This document shows positions 54,150 to 64,000 of a stretch of 64,000 nucleotides of DNA, in pieces; the stretch's first letter is position 1; every line of letters starts with the position of its first letter. The notes beneath the pieces were generated by a model. The model worked only from the letters and a program-made list of their open reading frames with translations. It searched no databases and was not told the DNA's origin. Both the position numbers and the translations under genes were made by a program. The DNA is taken from positions 3,038,001-3,102,000 of the forward strand of contig NC_043008.1 of the NCBI RefSeq assembly GCF_006345805.1. The letters run 5' to 3'. Source of the stretch: Octopus sinensis. Lineage: Eukaryota.

Positions 54150-54530
54150 ATTGTGCCAAATTTTGGCATTGAAAGCTACACAAATGCCGGAACGGATGCC
54201 ACTGCACAGTGCAAAAGATCCCAGCAATGTCATCGCGCTTAAGGACCAGTTACTGCAATAGCCTGGGTTTCAAACGCCCACATCTGTTTTAATATTCTCC
54301 CAAGGATCCTGAGGGACCTACATAAAGAGGATATAGGTGTTTTCAAATGAAGACAGCATCTCTTCTTGTCGAGAGTCCCAGCTGAACCTACCCCACGGCA
54401 GGAGGTGCAAATGAGGGCAGCAACATCAAACTCCCTTATTCACCAAATGCCACGTATCAGAAGAGGGTCTTAATAATTACGGTGGTGCCCTAGCCTGGGC
54501 ACAGCTTTGAGCTGAACTGATGAAAAATAT
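54150..54530 (+). mobile_element. CR1-like LINE 3' end
   Basis: Frameshifted translation IVPNFGIESYTNA..HCTVQKIPAMSSRLRTSYCNSLGFKRPHLFNILPRILRDLHKEDIGVFK..HLFLSRVPAEP (GP.LFN.LP...FK..LD.FL..VPD motif); 3' stem-loop gtgccc-tagcct-gggcac; ends at (TA)n. Confidence 0.75.
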
Positions 54531-54536
54531 ATATAA

Positions 54537-54596
<60 letters not shown>

Positions 54597-54659
54597 GTAT
54601 ATGTACATATCTATGTGTGTGCGACACATGCATACATGTGGGTTTGTGAAAAATATCTG

Positions 54660-54718
<59 letters not shown>

Positions 54719-55785
54719 ACATATTTTTCACACACAGACACATATGTACATGTGTTCGCACACGCATACATATATCTATAAACTTATATACATATAAAGG
54801 CAGATGCAGCAGGAGAGTGTGAGAGAATAAGAGCCATCTATTTATCATTCATGTGCATACGCCATTGATAATTTCTTTCTTGCATTATATGCTTTCAGTA
54901 TGATACCTAGTTGGCTATTTTCATTTAATTCCACCTGAATTACATATACCAGATACATACACGCATACGTACGTATGCATTCACCCCCCTACGTACAAAA
55001 TATGTGTGTTTGTGTGCGTTCGTTTGGTTTATGTATGTACGTATGTGTGCATGCATGAAAGTAGGCATGCGTGCATGCATGTATGTGAAATGAAAATAAT
55101 TTCCAATTCAGATGGAAATGCTTGGCATGCAGATGTGACACTTCAAACATGAATGTCGATAAATATTTTACGTCATTTCTCGAGTTCGACACTCACCGTA
55201 TATATGTGTCATTTCCAACACGGAGATTGAACGATAGTAAATATATCACGTGGCCTTTAAATGACGCACAGAAAAGATTGACTCAAATCGTAGATAAATG
55301 TGTATTTGTGTTAAAGCAACTCGTGCTGTTATGTGATGCAGATGAGGAACGTTGACTTTTGTAGCTGCTGATTAATTGAGGTAATGTGGAAGCAAAGTAA
55401 ATGAAAGAGAAAATAACTACTACGACGGCGATGTGGATGCAGAAGGTGAGTAACGAATGAGGTAGTGATAAAGATGGAGGCAAGGAGGATAATGAAAGTA
55501 GCGATCGAAACGCTGACTGTATTTGTTGCTGTAATAATGAGGCGGTTCTAACGGAAGTGCTGGTGGTGGCAGCGAGGTCGTTTCTGTTGTCTTTGTAACA
55601 TTTGTGGTGGCCGTAACTATTTCAGTTGTTTGGTTAGTAGTGGTGGTAGTGGTGGTAGTGGTGGTGTGTTCGTTGTGATGCGGGTGATAGATATCGCTGC
55701 AATAGTCTTTGCGTTGTTGTTGTGGCTGATGATAATTAGATGAGGATCTAAAAACAAATTACAGAAGATATACGCTAACATGGAC

Positions 55786-56110
<325 letters not shown>

Positions 56111-56892
56111 TTTAGCATATGTTTGTTTATTATTGTTTTTTTCTTTATTATTGAAACAGAAATTTGTGGAAATAATTATTGCTAATAAATTCAAAGACAG
56201 AATTATTTTGGGTAAACCAATTCCATAGAGATTGATGACATTAACTTCTATCAAATAACTACAGGTTCAAAGTAACGATATACGAATCATAACTCTTGTT
56301 AATAAAAGAACATAAAAGGTGAATTTTATGCCCATTTTGTTTCTTAAAATAGAATGGCTTGGTTACGTACAAATATTCCACGTGTATATAGGCCTTTAGT
56401 CTTTTCGTTTCTGTTTGATATTTTTTTCTTTCTTCCTAATATCTGTTTGTTCTCCCAAGTGCAAATCATGCTATAATGAAGGAAAGAATATTATATATAA
56501 AGCAAACAGTTGTAATGGATACTAGATTTGAAGCTCACCTCATTTAATATGTTTTGTAGTTTCCTTGGCTCAGTACATATTGTTTTATATACAGATGTTC
56601 AAAAATTATCTTTGCAACTTGCACGATTTATTGTATGCAACTCTAAAAGTAATCTACGGCCCTTGTTCTACGTCGAGGTATACGGACTAAAGATATGCGT
56701 TAATGTTATGTTCTCTAATGACGTTTTCTTCATTTACTTTCACTCCAACTTCAGAGATGTATGGTATTAGCGTTACAGAAACATGTATGTATGATGCGTC
56801 TGTCAGTGTATATGTATGTGTCTGTGTTGCTGTATATATATATATATACATATACATAAATTAATAAATATGTATATATACATATTTTGAGA

Positions 56893-57092
56893 GACAGAGA
56901 CAGGCAGAAACAAGGAAAATGCCCCTTTTATTTGAATACTATGCAAATAGTCTTTTAAGATACTTTTCAATAAATTTCTCGAAAACTTAATCGTTTTCCA
57001 TACTTACAGTTGAAAAAGTCTCAATGACCGAAACCGGTACTGAAATGTTTTAAATAACATTATTTTAGCATTTTCTACCTTGACCCTTTTCC

Positions 57093-57095
<3 letters not shown>
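56893..57095 (+). mobile_element. ~200-bp repeat, probable Penelope-type terminal repeat (copy 2)
   Basis: Homologous to 12458-12660; lies between TA-rich tracts. Confidence 0.75.
57007..57042 (+). ncRNA. Minimal type-I hammerhead ribozyme motif, U3-A8 core variant
   Basis: CAG-UUGAAAA-A-GUC(UCAAU)GAC-C-GAAA-CCGG-UA-CUG; stem I extends through an internal loop to CAU/AUG. Confidence 0.7.
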
Positions 57096-57141
<46 letters not shown>

Positions 57142-59283
57142 CATGTATGTATGTATGTATCCCTTCTATTTTTTTATTATTATAAATCTTCCACTGAGGA
57201 GATAAAAGGCTCCATCTTTGGGATGTAGTTAACACAGACAAGTTCATATTTCGAACTTGAGAAAGATTTTGCAATTTTTTACTGCTCCACTCACAGATTG
57301 CACTTGTAATGTAGGAATTGGCCGGTCGACTGCCCTTTCTGGAAGTCCAAGTAAATTGTAGAGAGTAGAGAGTACTGACATCTTCTTAAATAGCTTACTG
57401 GCAAAGTAGTTCTGTTTTCATCGATGGTGACGTTGTTGGTTTCATCTGTTATGATGTAAGTTTCAGCCATAACCGTGTTAGCGAAAATACACGTGGTGTA
57501 GATGTATATTGTAAAATCTGTTCATAATAATGCTACGTTGGTGGGTAAAAGGTGTTTCTCTTATTAATTATTGGAGAAATAAACCAATTACCAATTTAGG
57601 CTGGAGAGATCAGCCTATTACTAGAGGAAGGCGTTCAAGACGAACTTTTTAAACGGTCCTCTACATCTGCACGTGCGATGTTGACGGCGCCATATGTATG
57701 TATAAATATATATTTGTATACATATGTAAATATATATATAGACACATAAACATATATATGCATATATATTCATGCATATATATATGTGCATGTGTGTCTA
57801 TGTGAGTATACCAATGCGAACAGGTATGAATGCATAAATGAATGTTAGCATGTTTTATGTAAGTATTTATGTACCTATGTATGTATATACAATGTCGTTC
57901 ATGCAAACATACTATATCTTTAGGTCATCAACAAGAATGGGCTGGATAACATTAATTTTATTATTTTATGCATATCCCAGCAAGTAACCTTGGCATTTCG
58001 ATAACAAGGCTGACAAGGGGTTCGCTTCCAGTACAAGCAGCATTACAACCATCACCTCTCGCGCGTACATATGTGATTGTGTGTCCTTCTTAGTTTGCAA
58101 AACACACCTGCATAACTGTTTAAGTGGGTTTTGTGTATGATAATACCTATATCAAGTCCCCCAATGTATATATGTCTATATGTATGAATACATACATGTA
58201 CGTGTGTGTTTGTGTGTGTAAGCATAGAGTAATACAGATTGCGGAAGCGTAAAATATTGGAAGAAGTAAAAGTGAGTGGTTTTAGAATCAAAGGGCTTCT
58301 ATATAACATTAACCAATACTCAGATATGTAGATAGTGTTGGAAAACTTATGTAGCATATATTATTGCATACCTACAAGCTGTGATGTTAATGACACAGAA
58401 AGCAATGAAAGTATGAGACGAAATTGCAGCAGAAACACACGAAAGTCAGTGGTAGCATTCAAAAGTTAGTCCCATAAAAAAAGCATTAGTCTTAATTATA
58501 GAAAGTTTTCCTACTAAAATAGGGAAAAATGCTAGCAGAAATTCAAGAAATAACGGTACATAATATTCTGCGTTAGAGAACATTGAGAATATTGTCATTA
58601 AACGAAGCATGTTCCGATATATTACATTTTTATTGCATTTTGAAATATCATTGTGTATTATATATTGCTAAAGAATGTTGTGATGCATCTACGAGTCAGT
58701 CAGGGGTAATCTGTTATACAGGAAACCTGGAAAAGTCTAGCGGACCAGTGAAAATGTTTGAAATTTAATAATCAGTGCATGTAATAAGCAGACACAAAAT
58801 TGTAGAATTTCTCATATATTGATAAACAAACAAAAAAAACAGACATGGTGTCAATAAAAAAAATTATCTGAAAAAATATGAGCATTTTTCCCCCTTCGGT
58901 GGAAAACAAGGAAAAGGCAGGAAAGTGAGACTATAGAATTCACATTATTACATATGTACTCAAATATTGGCAACGATAAATTGGTCTTCAAAACAAGAGC
59001 TGTGTGGAACAATAACCTTTTAGACAACGACTTTTTTCAAGGCAAAATATTCGATTGACAGTTATATACAATTGAAGAAGTTTAGCAATTCTGTTGTCTT
59101 ATAGCTATACTTGAAATCTTACAGCTTACTGACATTCCGAAACGACTGAGAGGTAAATTACTAAAGCAGTAGGAAAATGACAGCTACATTTTATATTTTA
59201 CTAATTCAATAAGAAAGACACAGCAGAAACACAATATAATAATAATAATAATAATAAAAACACACCCTTTAGATATTTCTTTA

Positions 59284-59286
<3 letters not shown>

Positions 59287-59340
<54 letters not shown>
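59287..59340. repeat. (CT)n microsatellite
   Basis: Direct reading. Confidence 0.95.
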
Positions 59341-59343
<3 letters not shown>

Positions 59344-59796
59344 TCCAAATTCATTTTCTTTCTTTTTTTAAATCTATTTTATGACTGACCGACAAGAATT
59401 ATTGACACGTATCAACTACAATTACTGTAGAATTTAATTGTAGCTTCATTGTACTATTTCTATCTTTCATTCTTTCTCTATCTTTCTCTATATTTCTCTC
59501 TCTCTCTCTCTCTCTCTCCTACTTTTTCGCAATACACTTACTCTCGCACTCTCAATGAATATATGTAGATGGTTGTACTTTCGTATGTTATCTGTACGTA
59601 TTTACATGTGTACATAAGAATATATACAGATATACGCAAATACATACGCCCACATGCATATATGCGTGTGTGTGTGTTTGTATATTATGTTTTTCGCATG
59701 CTTATAATTGCTCATATATGCCCTCTGTGTTTAGATATGTGTGGGTATTGATGAGCAGTATTACTGACCTTGGAACTTGCCTCTTTCAAATTTATA

Positions 59797-59888
<92 letters not shown>

Positions 59889-60759
59889 TATATATATACA
59901 CATATAATAATGTAATTCCGTGCCCAAATCAGAGTCGGGGGAGAAGTAATTGCATAAATACATACAGATAAATTAAGAAGTGCAAGCTGATGAGATAACA
60001 GTTCACAAATAATCCAAAAGAGAAGTCCTCAAATGAACCCAATAAATTGGATTCACGACAAAATATAAGGAGATAAACACTTGCCAATATATAAAAACTG
60101 CACAATTACGAAAACTCTCAACCACAGCCAAAGCTATAAAAATAAAAGAACAATTCAAAAAGTCCCACCCCCAAAAAATCCGTTGTTTTTATAATTTTTC
60201 TGTAAATAAGGCTCTTATGTGCGGTAAGTGTTCATTTAGCGTAATGTCTGTGCATTTTTGAATATGCTTTAAGTCCTTGTTGCGTGTGTCTATGGACGTG
60301 TACTTTGGAGTGATGCCTTTGGAGTTCTGTTCATGTTGTTGGTTTGGATCGCTATGTATTTTTGTTTGTTGAGGTTTATGTAATGTTAACGATATTTGTA
60401 ATTGTATTTGTGTGGGGTTTGTGGGCGTTGGTTCCCCCGTCTCCTCCTACTCTAACTTCTTTGTATTCAGTCTTTTAACGCGCATTCATCTCCGTAATTT
60501 ATTTCTTTTTCCTTTCACAATTTTCCAGTCTGGTTGGTTTATAATATTAAGAGAAACAACAGCATTAACACTTCTAGAAACTACTATTACTATGAATACT
60601 GTAAATGCTCTGAATGTCAGTATTTCTATTATAAATACTGTTCAAATCATGCCGGTTTCAATTTCACATTTCGCGCCTGTGGTGTCCGTGTTATCGTAAA
60701 CAACCTTCTCTTGAAATTGCTTATCTCGGACCTAAATTAGGAGGAATAATTATTAACTG

Positions 60760-60965
60760 CAGGGCGGTGGATTAGCAGAACGGTCACACCCTCCATAAAA
60801 CATTCGTTGAGTAAGTTTTTGTTGTCGTTTATGCTCTGAGTTCAAATCCAAACGAGCTTAACATTGCCCTTCATCCACCCGTCCCCGATAAAAGAAGCAA
60901 CAGTCGATAGGGTCCATGTCACCGATTAATCCTCTTCCACATTTGTCATGACTTTTATTCTGCCT
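60760..60965 (+). mobile_element. Very old SINE family 1 copy
   Basis: agggcggtggattagcagaa...ctgagttcaaatcc...ttgcccttcatcc...gataaaag. Confidence 0.55.
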
Positions 60966-61271
60966 AGTAATAGTAGTACTAGTAGTAGTAGTAGTAGTAG
61001 TAGTTAGTAGTAGTAGTAGTAGTTGTTGTTGTTGTTGTTGTGGTGGTGGTGGTGGTGGTGGTAGTGGAGATGGTTTTGGTGGTAGTAGTGGTGGTGGTGG
61101 TCGAGATCCATGAAATAAATATTATCTGAGTACTGGCCTCGATGTTCCCCCACGCAGACTTTGTGGCTACAAAAGAAACGAATAATGTTAGAAGAAGAAG
61201 AAGAAAAAGAAGAACAGCAGCAACAACAACAACAATAAAAATAACAATAAACAAAGAAATGTAGTAGTAGT

Positions 61272-61350
<79 letters not shown>

Positions 61351-61510
61351 GGCGCTGGTGGCGGTAGAAAAGAAGGAAGGAGGAGTAGCAGGAGGAAGAG
61401 GTGGAGGAGCTGCGACAGGGACGGGAGAAGGCGGATCAGCAGGGGCGGGAGGAACTGGCGGAGAAGAATCAGCAGGAGCGGGATGAGCAGAGGGAGGCGG
61501 CGGCGGCAGA
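60966..61510. repeat. Compound trinucleotide tracts (TAG/TTG/TGG/AAG/AAC/GGA)
   Basis: Direct reading. Confidence 0.9.
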
Positions 61511-63319
61511 GTCTATGATATACAGCAATGCCCGTGAGAAATGTTTTCCAATGTGTAGTTACACCATTACGTTTAAATTACTGGCTTATCTAAAGAATCT
61601 TTATTGAAACTGTCAATCAAAGGTAAGCGATTATAGCCAGATACAGGTGTTGAACATTCTGGCAATGTCAGGAAGTTAGCAAAATGTCAGATATTTGTTT
61701 GGCTGTTGAATGTATTTTTTTTCCTCTCTCATTATTGTCTCCGATTATAAAGTAATTAACAGTTGTCGCCTCTACATTCGTATATATACTTTTTTTAATT
61801 TTCTTCCATTTTACTAATGCTAATCAGCTTGTATGTTTCGTATATACATACTCCATATTGGAAACGTACTAGATAATAAAGAAGTCTGTTTCTGTATCTG
61901 TTCGTCGTGTGTTTCTCTGTCTGTATTTCTCTGTGTGTGCGTGTACGCATGTGTATCTTGGTATGTATTCACAGAGACATAGAGAAGTAATACATAGGTA
62001 GAGAAAGAACGGATTTACACAGATAGATTGACATTTTATTTGTACATCTACAATAAGATTGTGGAGAAGTATATATGCACACACGTATTTACAAGGCGAT
62101 AATCGTGACTTGCTGAGAATAAAGGCAAATGAATGTAAAACAAATAGTTATAAGCGAAAACTGAGTTATTGAAATGATTTTATTTTATTTGAGAACAATA
62201 GCAACTTCGTCGTATTTACCGTTCCACCGTGTCAATCAATGGTTACCTCTATGCAAAATGGTTAGAGTCAAATGAGACAGCATTTGCTATTTGTGCACGA
62301 CAAAATTCAAATAGAGTTTTGTTTGAAAACTATAGTTTTTCCCGTTCTCTCGGCAGTCTATATCAATGCATTACATTAAGATGCATTATGTTGCAATCTA
62401 AAGCTATCTCCACATTCTGGCCAATAAATCAACATATAATTCAATCCAGTGATGATATGTCGGAGGAAGTTCCTTTGGTGTCGTGCTGGTAGAAGATCTG
62501 ATCGAATAATTCCCGACGACATTGAACTCCTTATCTGAAGATTTTCAAGAACTATCTGTAAAAAGCAATGTATTAGATTTTAACTTTTTATCCCCGGCTT
62601 ATATAATACTGTAGAAACAGAAATATTTGGAAGAGATTCAATTTCAGTCGGTAAAATTGTAATGTTCTTCAAAGAAATGGCATATTTCTAAAGAGAAATT
62701 GTAAACACGAAACCCAAAGAGAATTGTTGCTTTTGTAATGTTGCTTAACTTCGGTCCTTACATTTGTTGCATTCCTGTTACTTCGCAATCAGGATATAAC
62801 AACCAATTTTTGTGTACAACGCTGTCTCAGGAAAACTAACAAATTATTTCATGACAGTTAAAATAAAGAGTATCCTATTGTCTTTCATAATTATATTAGT
62901 GAATAACGTTACGAATATTCAAGTGGTTTTACGCGTCCTATGGTTATATATCATCAAGCAAACATATGTGTGTGTTTGTGTTTAGGAGTTATGCAAGCTA
63001 TACACTCTATGCAGATACAGTCTTTGAATGTGAAAGAATTATATATATAATTTAGTCATACAGGGACGCTCAAAAGTTTTATATTCACTAACATTTTATT
63101 CCGTCATAGCACTGTCAAGCCTATAATGCCAAGAACGCTACAGAGCTTCTAGTAACTGATCATTCATACATTCCTGCTATAGAGACGCAAAGTTATCTTT
63201 TGTAATCCGTCCAGTTTATATAAGAAAACAGTTGAAACAGAAATATTTGTAAGAAATTCAGGTTGTCTGTAATGTTACATTGGTCTACTAAGAAATTACC
63301 TATTTATCAGGAAAAATTC

Positions 63320-63740
63320 GGTATCCAAAAAGTTCCCGGATTAGGTATGTTTAGTAAAAAAATAACTTATTTACATAAGTTTTAACATCATCTTCGAAAC
63401 AGTTATTTTGCGCAACAATACAGAGGTGACATCATTCCTGCCACGTCAGGGGTCCGGCCTGAAAGTCGTTTTCCGTTAGCGTGTAGAGGACCTTCTGCAA
63501 TTCACGCTTAATCTGCACAACGATATTAAAACGGCGACTTTTATCTTGGGGAAGAGACGGAAGTCTGCAGGTGCTAAATCGTTCGAATTGGGCTGGTGCA
63601 GAAGCGGTACCTTGTTGTTTTGGTTGAGAAATTCACGAGCGAGAAGAGTTCGATGATAGGGTGCATTATCGTCGTGGAGAACACAATTATTCCTGCTCAA
63701 CAGATCCGGTCCTATAAACCCTGCAGTCCTATAAACCCTG
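63320..63740 (-). mobile_element. Mariner (Tc1/mariner) transposase C-terminal remnant with probable 3' TIR
   Basis: VLHDDNAPYHRTLLAREFLNQNNKVPLLHQPNSNDLAPADFRLFPKIK matches mariner HHDNAPAH...HPPYSPDLAPxDFxLFPKLK; TIR-like tatccaaaagttcccgga at about 63322. Confidence 0.85.
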
Positions 63741-64000
63741 TTGTTTCTGTAATAAGAGTGTTTATGAATATATAGATATATAAAGATTAATCTGATTTTC
63801 ACTTTCGAGCCACAGACTTGCAAAGAAATCCGTTACATGTAGAGGGTCTTTTTTCAAAAACGGTACCACGCTTTAATTTATGAGAAATCATTTTATTAGA
63901 AGCAGTAAGCTTCTAAAATTTGCGATATTAAAGTTAGATCTGATTGAAGAATCACATTTGGTTTCATTATAATATTCACGAAACCAGGAGACTCTTATGA

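Noticed and set aside
54061-54261. 66-aa ORF with apparent splice signals as a host exon
   Set aside because: Its 3' half is an out-of-frame reading of the CR1-like LINE end.
55458-55480. TGAGGTAGT let-7-like seed
   Set aside because: The match stops after 9 nt and there is no hairpin; purine-rich low-complexity context.
57597-57617. Hairpin TAGGCTG-gagagat-CAGCCTA resembling hammerhead stem II
   Set aside because: No flanking CUGANGA or GAAA boxes.
61401-61607. E/Q/R-rich ORF as a coiled-coil protein exon
   Set aside because: It continues the adjacent degenerate trinucleotide tract; no splice or homology support.

Overview
AT-rich, microsatellite-saturated animal DNA, intergenic or part of a very large intron. 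I infer an octopus (coleoid cephalopod) genome from two recurring tRNA-derived SINE families and the dense (TA)n/(AAT)n/(TG)n tracts; I could not confirm this by search. No intact protein-coding gene is supported: nearly all listed ORFs are simple-repeat translations or decayed transposon fragments. Recognisable remnants include Penelope-like elements (RT and GIY-YIG), R4/Dong-type LINEs, RTE-, CR1- and probably L1/Tx1-type LINE pieces, a mariner transposase fragment and many SINE copies. The most interesting signal is six minimal type-I hammerhead-ribozyme motifs from about four repeat families, nearly all beside (TA)n tracts. Two carry a compensatory U3-A8 core (UUGAAAA instead of CUGANGA) with a palindromic ACCGGU helix III. 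One lies inside an inverted repeat, two face each other tail-to-tail, and one follows a tRNA-like Pol III head directly downstream of a GIY-YIG ORF end. There is also a ~120-bp-arm inverted repeat with nested hairpins, a recurring SINE dimer and tandem R4/Dong 3' ends. All calls were made by eye; no searches or folding programs were run.
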